Positions 28,965 through 40,687 of a stretch of 64,000 nt of DNA are shown piece after piece. Each line of letters begins with the position of its first letter. Within the stretch, counting starts at the first letter, position 1. Source of the DNA: the human T2T-CHM13v2.0 reference genome, Homo sapiens; NCBI RefSeq assembly GCF_009914755.1, contig NC_060929.1. One strand, 5' to 3'. A program made the position numbers and the translations under genes. Under the pieces are notes generated by a model that saw only the letters and a list, made by a program, of their open reading frames with translations, was not told the DNA's origin and ran no database searches.

Positions 28965-29429
28965 TGTAACCAAAAAGTATCTGAGACAGATCTCAATCAA
29001 TTTAGAAGTTTATTTTGCCAAGGTTAAGGACATGCCCAGAAGAAAAAAAAAAAACCCATAATCACAGAAACTGTCGGCGGTCTGTGCCTTTCTCCAAAGA
29101 TGAATTTGAGGGCTTCGATATTTAAAGGGGAAAAGCAGGCTGGAGGGGAAAGAGGGAGGGTATGCTAATCCACCTGTTGCAAGAGAAAAGGAGCAGGTAG
29201 GGGAACAGTCAACTACGTATTCCTCTGGTGCTCAGAAAATCGGCATCTTACATAAGATAGGATGAAGGCAGAGTAGCTACCTGTGGAGATATGGAACCTT
29301 TTATCTATAGCTATCTGCTTAGGAAGAGAAGGAAAGGCAGTTTCTTGTATGACTCAGCTTTCAGCTTAATTTTTTGCCTTTGGCATAGTGAACTGGGGTC
29401 CCGACTTCTTTTTTTTTCTTCCTCTCACA
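28965..29429 (-). mobile_element. MER4-family ERV1 solo LTR
   Basis: TG...CA ends, 4-bp TSD gata (28961-28964 / 29430-29433); reverse strand begins tgtgagaggaa...gggaccccagttcactatgccaaagg. Confidence 0.85.
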
Positions 29430-29578
29430 GATACAAAAAGAAGGTTGGAGAAAAAGAATTAGCTTTAGTCTTGCCCATTTTAAATTGGCAGAAGGGAATC
29501 ATACCTACATAAAATGGATTTAAAGCTAGAAATATGCTTATAGAATGGGTAGCAAAAAGAATGAGACAAGTTTTTTCT

Positions 29579-29609
<31 letters not shown>

Positions 29610-31659
29610 AAATTCTGAGAGAAAAATGTACCCAAAGAGAGGAATTCAACTTGGGAGGAAACTAAGAAAAGATTCAGTATTACCAAGTTTTAAGAATTGA
29701 AACTTCCAGGGAGAAGTAGAGACAGAATGTGGTTCACACACCATGGGAATGTGAAGGGAGGGCTTCAGCCAGAGGGTGACAAGTGTCACCCATGGCTGAC
29801 AGTGGGAATGAAGAGAGGTGGCCTTGATTGCTGGGTGCTGAATGTTAAGCCCTCAGTCATGACCCATTTAGTGTAAAGGCAAAGGAATGGTGGGATGGAC
29901 TGAAACCCACTGGTAATAAGAAAAGATTAAGCAGACAATAGAAGGCATGATGTGAGAAAAGGGACATGAATGACCCCAATGGTACATTGTCTTTTTTTTA
30001 ATAATTGAAGAAGATGATGATATTTAGAGGGTCTGGCTAAGAAAATGAGAACCATTGATGTTTACGAAGTAGTACCATCTGTGAAATTTATTCTGTTTTA
30101 CTTTATGGTTATAACTGTTTGCAGAACGGTCTAACAATTGCAACCAGACTTCTTAGAATTTCTTTTTTCCTTTCAAAAATAGCCACTGTATTTTTGAAGA
30201 TCTTTGTGTTGGGATTAAAGCCCTAAAGGCATTGTACATGAGAAAATAAGATCCTGCAAAAGCTTTTAAAGGATGAATTAGGAGTTTGAGCCCATTTAGG
30301 AAAGAGAGAAAAATCCTCCTTAAGGGGAAGTGGGAAGAAAAATGAGGAACAAAACTGTAAAAGAGGTAGACTACAGATGTTTACGTTCACTAACTGTGTT
30401 ATCGGTTTCTGAATGTGGTGTGAAAAAAATTAATAGATGATGATTGACTAGGAAGTGCTAAAATGGAGAGAAAAGAATGAATTCTTCAAAATGGGGTTAA
30501 GCTATTTTTGTTATTGTTGTTAGGCAGTTATTATTCACTGAACTAGGTTTTCATATTTTGATTTTTAAAGTATAGGAATTATGAAGATAAAGGAAATGAT
30601 ATTTGGGAAAATATAAGGCTTGCTTTGTCATTTTAAAACTTATTTTGTAGCACTTTTCCCACTAGAATATGTTGCATTGTTAAGTTGAAATCTGGTTAAA
30701 ATCTGTTGAAAAATCCACAACCAGTATTTTCTCTATGGGATAACAACTATGAGATGACTAGAGAAAATACTGGTTGGGTGCTCAACTCTTAAGCAGCAAA
30801 GACTTAGAAGGGAGGAATTCAGAGCAAGAATTTTTTCAAGTGGGCAGATGTAAGGCAAAGTAGCAAAAGGGATTTACATCGCTTCATGTAAAGCGATGGG
30901 AAATAATGTGGCAAAACAAGCTGTTTGCACCTCCAATCCTCAGGAGTGGTTTGTACTCAGACTATCAAAATGGCAAAGTTGGAATTACTCTGTTCAAAAC
31001 CACATGCTTATTTACTACATGCTAAAAGATGAAAAGGCCTACTTACATTTCAGCCTGTTGAATATCAAGAGCCCCTGTTAGGATTACGATTCTTTTGATT
31101 GTAAGGAACAGTGTGGTCCCATGCTAATGCAGGAAAAGGACTCACAGGCTGAAAACTCAGGGGAATCTGATCACTAGGCTGTGCGGAGGGTGAGAACCAG
31201 GGCAGCCTTGGGCTCTGGCTAAATCCTCTTCTCTGACCCCTTGCTCTCTCCTTCCTTTCCCTCCCGTTTCCTTCCTACCCCGCCCTTCCCCTTCTCTCCT
31301 CTTCTTTCTTGGCAAATCTCCTTTCCTCTGTCTACTGAGCTGGTGTAAAATGGCTTCCTCTAGCTATCCCACCTTGTCTCCCTCTTTTTCTTGAATTTAC
31401 ACAGGCTGAATCCTCGCCCTGGACTGTTCTCCCTCTTCTTAGCCTGACTAGGTCCTGTCTGTTCTCTCAGAGTCTTCTCAGGTACAGCCTCTCCCAGGTA
31501 GCTTCTGTTGATCCCCTAAGGCTGAGATAAGTGTCCCACCTGTGAGATCCCAGGATCACAGTTATTAACCATGCCATCTCGGGTCCTTCCATTCTGTATT
31601 GCATGGCCTGACTGCTTGTCCCTTCCCACACTGCACCATGAGGCCCTTGAAGGCAGGGA

Positions 31660-32381
31660 TGAAACCACCTTGCAAAAATTATAACAGTGAGAAAAGTATG
31701 ACAGTGAAAGAGATCTGATATAACCAATCTCCATCTTGCCTTTAACCTCCAAACTGCCCTTAGTCATTCCTGGGCTTGGCCCAAGCTAACTTTGGGAGAA
31801 ATGTAGTTTATAGTTTAAATAATAACTGCCCTTCCCCAAACTAAACTGCATTTGCAAAACTAATGGAAGACTACCAGGTTAGGAAGATGAGAAGAGCCTG
31901 AAATCTGCTAAAATGTAGGCATAAATGATTACCAGCCATTATTCTGGAGGTCACAAGGTTTGCACCTTCCCCCAGTTATTCCTGCAGATAACATCACTAT
32001 TATAGAATCTAAGACTGGCCTTTTGAGATGTCTTTTCAGGCTTTTGCATTTCTGCAAATGTCCCCACCCGGACCCACAGCTCTTGACTCAACTGGTCCTA
32101 TGGCCCCCATCCAGAAGTGGACTCAGTGTGCAAGGACTGTTTTTCACACTCTTATGATTGCATCCCCAAACAATCAGCAGCACCAATTCCCCTTCCCACC
32201 AAATTATCCTTGTAAACCCTAGCCTCTGAATTTTTGGAGATACTGATTTGAGTAATAAAACTCCTGTCACCCAGTCAGCTAGCTCTGTGTGAATTAAACT
32301 CTTTCTCTATTGCAATTCCCCTGTCTTGACAAATTGGCTTTATCTGGGCAGCAGGCAAGGATAACCTGTTGGGCTGTTACA
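31660..32381 (+). mobile_element. LTR8 (LTR8A/B-like) ERV1 solo LTR, inserted in an L2 3' end
   Basis: 'tgaaaccaccttgcaaaaattataacagtgag...ctccatcttgcctttaacctccaaactg'; ends 'gggctgttaca'; flanks ggga / ggaa; aataaa at about 32254. Confidence 0.88.
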
Positions 32382-32628
32382 GGAAGTATCCCTTGTTTCC
32401 CCAGCATGGAGATATCTATGAATGGTATGCCCTAGGGTTGTACAGTGACCCCCTGACCAGAAGCTTATTGGATATTTATTGAATAAATGAATGAGTGAAT
32501 AAATAAATCTATCACTCACATTTCTGAATTACACAGAAATTGTATTGTCTTCTGTATTTGTCTTCATCATCATGGTATGCATCAGATTTGCTTAATTCTA
32601 GAGTTTAATTTCAGAAATCTATAGTGCA

Positions 32629-32922
32629 GACCAGGCATGGTGGCTCATGCCTGTAGTCCCAGCACTTTGGGAGGCCAAGGCAGGCAAATTGCTTGAGTCC
32701 AAGAATTCAAGACCAGCCTGGGCAACATGGCAAGACCTCATCTCCACAAAAAATACAAAAAACTAGCCAGGCATGGTGGCATACACCTGTAGTCCCAGCT
32801 ACTCAGGAGGCTGATGTGGGAGAATCATTTGAGCCTGGTAGGTGGAGGTTACCGTGAGCAAAGATCGTGTCACCACATCCCAGCCTTGGCAACACAGCAA
32901 GACCCTGTCTCAAAAATAAAAA
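32629..32922 (+). mobile_element. AluJ
   Basis: Full diverged dimer; TSD core tctatagtgca on both sides. Confidence 0.92.
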
Positions 32923-34567
32923 TTATTTTTTTAAAAAGAATTCTATAGTGCAAATTAGTACAGGTCTAGCATTAAGTAAAATTGGACTGACACCAATAAA
33001 GAAGGACCCTGAGTCATTTCTTGTCTTGGATTCCTTGATTGAGAATTTCAGTAGCTGATGTATCTCAGCTGGCTAAGAAGTAGCCCACCTTTAGGGAAAT
33101 AGCTCAAGATGAGTGGTTTTGTTCATATGCAGGAGACAAGCTCTGCTTTAGATGTCAAATGACTGAACTACTTGGTATTCCTCCTGAAAACTTTCACCCT
33201 CAACTAGAGAAATTTATAATGTAAAGAAAATGTGTTCATTCTCTCACCAGGCTTATAAACTCTTGCTTTGCATCTTCAGCTAGAGTTGAGAAATTGATTC
33301 TAATGTTTCTTATTTGATCTCACCGTGGTCTGTGAACACCACAAATTCAGCATGTCCACAATGCGAAAATGATCTATTTCACAGTTACTGCTTCCTTCAA
33401 GAGTTCATTACCACCCACTTCAATCCAGGCTCATGCTCACCTGCAAAAGGAAGGTGAAGAGGTGGTTTTGAGCCCTGAAGTATTTTGCAGTCTAGTATAG
33501 GCAAACCTATTCAAGCTCTTTGCCGACAGCACCAGATCTGACTCTGAGTTCAGGTGTCATTTTCCCAGTGGGGCTTATGATGAATTCTTGGGATGCCAAC
33601 ATCAAGAAAAATCATGCTTTGTCTCCAGCTGGAAGTAGAGGGGGTAAGCTTCATTTCTTTGATGAGAAAGTGGAATTTCCCTCCCAGAGCTCATGGGGAA
33701 ATTTTTGGCTTACATGATTTTGCTACCACACCCGTTGGCCTGAGTGTCCTTAAGTATAAGAATCCTATTTCCAGTTGTTGAACTGTTTGTACCAAGTTAT
33801 GGATTAATTTCTCCCTTGGCTAGTTTCAGTGCCCTTGTCCAAAGTTATGTTCCTCTCAAATATCTTTTACTTAAAATAAATAAGTACAAAAAAAAATTCT
33901 CCATGGAAGCCTGAGGGGCATTCCTTACACATGTGCTCACAGGGAGTTTCCAAGAAGCAAATAAGGTTTTAGGATGGGAAGGTCAGATAGAGAATCAAGT
34001 CAGTCTTGATTAAAAATGGCCACTTAAACCGTGAGCATGTGTCATAGGTAACTACATGGAATTGTGAATTTATAAGAGGAAGCCATGTGATGTCCACTAA
34101 ATATTTTTTGTTAATTTCAACACCAGGTTTTGATTTCTGGAACAATATTTTGGATTAGGCATGAGCTGAAAAGAAGTAGCTTGCAAGTACATCATTTCCT
34201 TTTGCAGTATAAATAACCTAACGGGTAGTTTGTTGGCTGGTGGCCATCCCCACTTGTAAAGCTCCAAACTAATATTTGTTCTTTCCTGGGTTAAGATTTT
34301 TCCAGAGCCACATTTAGGAACAACTGCATCCTTCCCTTATTAAGGCTCAAGCTATAAAAGAAGGAATGGAAAAGGTGGAAGCTTGTCTGTCAGCAGGGTC
34401 ACTAAATATTCAATTCCAGAAAGCCAACTGGCGCTTGGTCAGCCATTCAGAGTTGAAAGGCCGCAAGACACCTGGATCAGGTGCATCCTTTTGTAAGTTA
34501 ACTGTACAGGAGCCACAGAATCAGACCCTATCATATTAGAACTAACCAATCAGCCTCCCAGATTCCC

Positions 34568-34601
34568 ATGCAACTCACCCGTTGGACATCAGGTGGCGCC
34601 A
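34568..34601 (+). promoter_or_regulatory. Candidate CTCF site (core plus upstream module)
   Basis: Core TGGACATCAGGTGGCGCCA 34583-34601 vs consensus TGGCCACCAGGKGGCGC; TGCAA at 34569-34573. Confidence 0.5.
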
Positions 34602-34699
34602 ACTGTGGTCATCTAGGCAAAAATATCTCCCATTTTCCTGTCTCTGATGCCTAAAATACCACCATTAAAGATTTTTATCTTCATATTGAAGAGTTGAAT

Positions 34700-34835
34700 T
34701 CACAAGCCAGAGGTCTGGGATCTAGCTCTGCTGTTGTGGAGAGTCACTTAACTTCTTTGAGTCTTAGTTTCTCATCTGTAAAATCTGATTAATAATGCCA
34801 TCCTTTAGGTTGCTGTGAGGATTAAGTGAGATATT
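34700..34835 (+). mobile_element. MIR fragment
   Basis: 'gtcacttaacttctttgagtcttagtttctcatctgtaaaat...gttgctgtgaggattaagtgaga'. Confidence 0.8.
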
Positions 34836-35069
34836 TGTTGGTTTCAAACTTTGGCGCATATGAAAATTATCTTGGATGTTTGTTAAAAATGTATATTCTC
34901 AAATTTCCTTCAGAAGATAAAGTATATTAATTTATTTTGTAAATGTAAAGAGTTGCATGTATATAAGTAATTGCTCATATCATCCTGGGAATTCCTGCAT
35001 GGGTTAATACCTTGAGAGGTAACCAGCCCATTGTATATCAAGAAAGGGATTGGGGTTAAAGAAGCTGAT

Positions 35070-35275
35070 GTTCATTGAATATCTAATGTGGTCTAGACCC
35101 ATTACACACATTATTTAATTATATGAGGTAGGTGTTAGTATTCCCATTTTACGGATGAGGAAATTGAGGCTGCGACAAGTTAAGATTCTTGCTCAGCATC
35201 GCATGGCTAACAAATGATGGGGTCTATCTGTGAATCTGGCTTTACTTGCCTCCAACTTCAAGCTCTTTCCATTAT
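35070..35275 (-). mobile_element. MIR
   Basis: 'cccattttacggatgaggaaattgaggct'. Confidence 0.8.
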
Positions 35276-35364
35276 ACTAGAATTAATTCATTGATTAGAT
35301 CCTTTCTAAGTAACCAAAAGTAAAACCCACACTTTTAGAAGAGGAAAGAGAAAGATGAGTAAAA

Positions 35365-35530
35365 AGTTCTCAAAGTGCGATTCCCAGGTCAGAAGCTTTA
35401 GCATTCCCTGGGAACTTGTTAGAAATGCAAATTCTTGGGCCCCACTCCAGACCTTCTAGATCAGAAAATCTGGAAGTGGGGCCCATAAATCTGGGTTTTA
35501 ACAAGCCCTCCAGGTGACTCAATGCACACT
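35365..35530 (+). mobile_element. MER5A (hAT-Charlie)
   Basis: 'ctgggaacttgttagaaatgcaaattcttgggccccactccagacc...ttttaacaagccctccaggtgact'. Confidence 0.85.
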
Positions 35531-35987
35531 CCCATCTGACATCTGTTGCTATAGACGTGAGGAAGAGTGTGAGTGTGAGTGTGTTGTGGAGGGGTCTGGA
35601 AAGGGTGGAGGCTCAGGGCAGCATGAGGCAGGAGGCACCATGAGAAGGAGGAAGGTGACTGAAGGCAGAGGATGGCAACCTCACAGCATCCACCTTCGCT
35701 CCCACTCTTGCTCTGTTGTTCTCAGTCCAGTCTTACTGTGAGGCCCCAGACAGGATGGGGCCCACAAGCTCCATGCCAAGGAATGGCATGGTCCCAGTAA
35801 AGAGTCCTCTATACCATGAAGAATCTGCTAAACATTGGAACTACTCATTCATTAATTTCAGTGACTGAAGATTTAGGGCAAGCTCAACAAGAAAAGTTTA
35901 ATCAAATATCAGAATGATCTCATATTGAAGGGAGACAGGAAAATATTCACTAAAAAAGTTCCCCTTTTCTTTATATTTTTGCCTTAC

Positions 35988-36571
35988 TGAGAGGTGAAGC
36001 CAGCTGGACTTCCTGGGTTAAGTGGGGACTTGGAGAACTTTTCCGTCTTACAAGGGGATTGTAAAATGCACCAATCAGCGCTCTGTAGCTAACAAGAGGT
36101 TTGTAAAATGCACCAATCAGCACTTTGTAAAAACACACCAATCAGTGCTCTGTAGCTAGCAAAAGGTTTGTAAAATGGACCAATCAGTGCTCTGTAAAAT
36201 GGACCAATCAGCGCTCTGTAAAGTGGACCAATCAGCACTCTGTAAAATGGACCAATCAGCAGGATTCTAAAAGTAACCAATTGCAGGGAGGATTGAGAAA
36301 AGGACATTCTGATAGGACAGAAACAGGACATGGGAAGGGACAAATAAGGGAATAAAAGCTGGCCAACCCAGCCAGCAGCAGCTACCCACTAGGGTCCTCT
36401 CCGATGGTGTGGATGCTTTGTTCTTTCACTCCTCACAATAAATCTTCCTGCTCCCCACTCTTCAGGTCCGTGCCATCTTTAAGAGCTGTAACACTCACCG
36501 GCAGGTCTGCAGCTCCATTCTTGAAGTCAGCGAGACCACTAACCCACCAGAAGGAACTGACTCTGGACACA
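35988..36571 (+). mobile_element. LTR12F-like (ERV9-related) solo LTR
   Basis: 'tgagaggtgaagccagctggacttcctggg' start, 'ctggacaca' end, perfect 4-bp TSD ttac (35984-35987 / 36572-36575), tandem CCAATCAG repeats. Confidence 0.9.
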
Positions 36572-36757
36572 TTACCTCTCCTCCCCTGCCACCTATCCAG
36601 AAAATACTATCTAGCCATTATGGGAACTATCTTGCAGTCTTTCAAATTCAAGAATTCTCCCCTCAAAAGTTTATTGAGATTTAAAAAAATGTGAATGAAT
36701 GTGGGCTTCAATAACCAAAGACAAAAAGCTTGAAAGAGTATTTAAAAATAAATATCC

Positions 36758-36824
36758 ATTGTTTGAGCCCGGGAGGTTGAGACCAGCGTGGGCAGCACAG
36801 GGAGACCCCATCCCTAAAATAAAT
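36758..36824 (+). mobile_element. 5'-truncated FLAM/Alu left monomer
   Basis: 'attgtttgagcccgggaggttgagaccagcgtgggcagcacagggagacccc'; TSD aaataaatatcc 36746-36757 / 36825-36836. Confidence 0.8.
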
Positions 36825-37799
36825 AAATAAATATCCTTCAGAATGAAATGACGGAACTGCAATTTTTGAACTAATTAAGTCATGAATGTAAATGTAATTA
36901 ACCACAAGCATATAGGCATAGGCAAGAGACTAGGAAATTACTAAATGTGTCGGAAATGGATTCTTTCATTTAATTTTTTAACATTTAAAAACTGTAGTTT
37001 TTGACAAGCAATTATGTTCACATTGTTCAAAATTTTCAAAGGTTCAAAAAGGCACACATAGGAAGTCGTCTTCTTATCCCTAACCCTTAATCACCCAGCT
37101 CCCTCCCGAAAGGCTACCAAGAACATCGGTTTATCATAAATCTTTCTGGACATGGTCTACATATTTAAACGCTTCTAGATGAGTTTCAGCAACTACACAG
37201 TCTTCTGCACCTCACTTTAAAAAAGCTAATAATGTATCTTTCAAACTATTAAAAGTAGGATATTTCACACAAAAATACGGGCCAGAATTATCAGTGTGCC
37301 TTCCAAAACTGTATTCCCAGAATGAAAGAGTATTCCCATACGAATTGCTCCTCTGTGAAGTAATGCTGACTTTCTAACCTTCTTTCTATCTGATTCCGTC
37401 ATCTAATAGTGGTTTTCGCTGTTAAAGAGAAGGAGGAGATGAGCTGGTACCTCTGGTAAATACACTTTGACTGAGTGGCCGATAAGATGGGGTGCTCTGC
37501 ACCAGTATCAGGTCTTGACCTTTGTAGGTCCAGAAACACCCCTTTTTGTCACCGAGAGCTGTTCCAGCTCAGTGAGGTTCTCAAAGAAAATTTATAAATG
37601 CCTGCCGAGTTTAAACAAGACACAAGAGTCAAGTGGACTCCCCTTGGCTGATAAGTCCCCTCTCTCCTCTAGATAAGTCTGTAGAAGAAACAAAATTACT
37701 ATCCAGAAGGTGATTGGTAAAAGTAGAGTCAAAGCCAGAGGCATAGTTGGTGGTGTTAACAGCGTTTATCATTATATCTTTTGGTAAGAAGACTCTTAC

Positions 37800-37955
37800 T
37801 TGTATAGTTATTTATGCTGATTATGGGCCAAGCACGGTCCTCCTGTTATTGCATTCAATTCTCACGCAATGATGTAAGGCAAGTCTTCTTATCTACATGT
37901 TACAGATGAAGAAACTGAGGCTAAGAATGGTGAAACAGCTTTCCCAAGATCACAC
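37800..37955 (-). mobile_element. MIR fragment
   Basis: 'ttacagatgaagaaactgaggct...ttcccaagatcacaca'. Confidence 0.75.
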
Positions 37956-38294
37956 AAAACTCCTAACTATCCTCTCCACTCCCTCTTTATGATTTTCAGG
38001 AAAATCCTTCAATGAATGCCTTCACATAGGCTAAAAAGCCTTGTCGGGGGCGATCACAGTTCTCTTGATTACATCCCAGTCCTGATGACACACACTCAGC
38101 TCTTGTGACACTGTCCATACATGCAGCCAGCATCACTGTGGCTACCTGGGTGCTAGAGATACAAGATGAAGAAGCTCCCACCTAGTGCCCTGGTCTAGCA
38201 GTGAAGAAAGATAAGTAGGTTGATATTTACAATGCAGGATGTTTCATAGAGAGAAGGTGTATCAGACATTACCCGAGGGATAGGAAATGGTTAT

Positions 38295-38470
38295 AATAGT
38301 TAACATTTATTAGGCACTTGACTCAAAACACGAGCTGCTCTAATTTTTTGACACTTATTTAATTTTTCCAACAATCCCCTGAGGGAGGGATTATTATTAT
38401 GATATCTCACTGGTGAGAAAAGAGTTGTGGAGAGGTTATGTAACTGGCCCCAATGACACACAGATAGTGT
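38295..38470 (-). mobile_element. MIR fragment
   Basis: 'aatagttaacatttattaggcactt...agaggttatgtaactggccccaatgacacacag'. Confidence 0.65.
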
Positions 38471-40233
38471 GACCTAAGCACTTCCAATATGTATTTTTCT
38501 TAGTTCAGCTCAGAGGACATGTCTGAGTTTCATGGCACCTTTTCATGACTCTTAAGAGATAACTGTGTCATTATAATTAATGATGTTCGATGATATGATA
38601 GCTAAGATAGTTTCTGTGGAGACAGAATAAAGTAGGAAGGTACCAAAGGAAACTTTGATTTTTTTTTTTAACAATGTAGTCAGCTCATCCTTGAAGGAGA
38701 GAATGGGGACAGGAGAGTTGACTTGATGTTGATAGAGACATAAGTTGTTTTCAAAATTGATAACTCATTCAATTTAAGGTGTCATGCTGTTGTGCCTGAA
38801 TTAACTTCCCTTCTCCTACAGTGGCCAGCCATCCTTTCCGCTGGGAAAAGCCATGTTTTGTGGTTAGCCATAGACTATATGCCCCAGTCACCCAGGTTGA
38901 TCTTCCTTTTGCAATAGCAGTCAAAAGGGAAACTAATATGGGTGACTCAACACGACCCATCACTGCCACTAGAATAAATAACCCAAACCAGAACTTACTG
39001 GCTTTTTCTTGTGTCATTTATCCAAAGACCAATATCATCTAAATTGATCTTAAAGGAGTTCCCTCTAGAGAGGGGATTTCACCAAAGTGCATAAATAAGC
39101 AAGATGAACAAATGTTTAAATTCCACATGGATGGGACCTGTAGGGAAAGGGGACCTGGGAGGCATTTCCGAAATGCCTTGAGTTGGAATGGAATGTGGAG
39201 AACTGGGAAGAGAAGACAGGAATGGCTTATTCTAGGAGAAAGTTTAAGATCTGTTCTCAGAGCATGGACTAAGAGTTAGGAGTTAGGGAAGGGAGTTGGG
39301 AGAGTAGAGGCCTCTTGGAGAGGTTGCCGCTCTCTCATTTCCCGTTTTCTGAGAACTGGCCCTCACTCACATAAATGGACCCCAAACTGCTGCATCTGAA
39401 TCACTTGAACCTATTCTTTCTTAACCATAACTGATTGGTTCAGGGGACCCCTGACCTAAGTGGAACCAATTAGATTGTCTCTGAGGAATTTGGAGATTTG
39501 CACTGAGTGGTTTCAGGAGTCCATGTGGTCGAGGGAGGTCAAAGGCCTGCAATTGATGCTGATGCTGACGATTGGATCTGTCCTGGGCCCAGTCCTCTCC
39601 CAGGCTGACTGTTCGGATTCTCCTTTGATTTTCTTATTTATTTGCTTACTTAGCTACTTGTTTACTTATGTTTAAGGTAGCTAGGATTGGTTTTTGTAAT
39701 TTGGGACTAGAAGAATCTTATCTAAGACAGTGAGAAAGCTGGAAAATGTCTCTTCAGGCTTCAATGACATCTTCCCAACGCTGATTGAAGTAAACAAATT
39801 TCTTCTAAGTAAGATTGACAGGTCATTTCACTGGAAATTAAGGCTCCATTGAAGTCTGAGACTACTTGAGAGTAGAAACCAAGAAAAGTGGTTTCTCTCT
39901 CTCTCTCTCCTTCTTAAATCATTTAAATTATATCTCAGGAAACAAGATTAAGGTCTGTGACTGACTCCAGCCGGGGTGGCTGAGAAGCCTATCACGTGAT
40001 AATGGCTAATATTTCCAGAACACATTACTGGCTGCTAAATCAAGCTTATTGCATCAGAATACCTACAGTGAGGCCCAGAAAACTGCATTGCAACATCGTA
40101 AACAAGCTCTCTCATTAAGTTTTGTGTTATTATTTAGATTTTATTTATATATGTGGGTGTATATGTGCATATATATTTAACAGCAATGTTAGGGTAAATT
40201 CCAGTTCTTCTAAAACATTTATTATTAGTTTAC

Positions 40234-40687
40234 TATATTAGTTTCCCAGTGTTGCCTAAACAAGTTAACATAAACTAGGTGGCTTGAAAGGACAGAAATG
40301 TATTCTCTCACAGTTTCAGAGGCTAGAAGTCTGAAATCCAGGTGTTAGTAGGCACATGCTCCCTCTGAGGGCTCTAAGGAGAATCCTTTCTTGACCCTTC
40401 TAGTTTCTGGTGTTTGCCAGCAGCCCAAACATTCTTTGTCTTGCAGCTACATCACTTCAATCTCTGCCTCCATTGTCATGTGTTGTTCTCCTTGTGTGTC
40501 TGTGTCCCTATTTCTCTCTTCTTATAAGGACCAGTCATTGGATTAAGGGCCACTCTAATCCAGTATGACCTCGTCTAAGGTTGATTATATCTGCAAAGAC
40601 ACTATTTCCAAATAAGGTTGCATTCACAAGTATGGGAGTTGGGACCTGAACATATCTTTTTGGTGGGACACAATTTAACCCACAACA
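40234..40687 (-). mobile_element. MLT1C-like MaLR solo LTR
   Basis: 'tattctctcacagtttcagaggctagaagtctgaaatc', 'ggattaagggcccactctaatccagtatgacctc', 'ggacacaatttaacccacaaca'. Confidence 0.9.

Noticed and set aside
36058-36262. Regularly spaced repeats resembling a CRISPR array
   Set aside because: Normal U3 CCAAT tandem repeats of an LTR12-type LTR; no unique spacers, no cas genes, eukaryotic context
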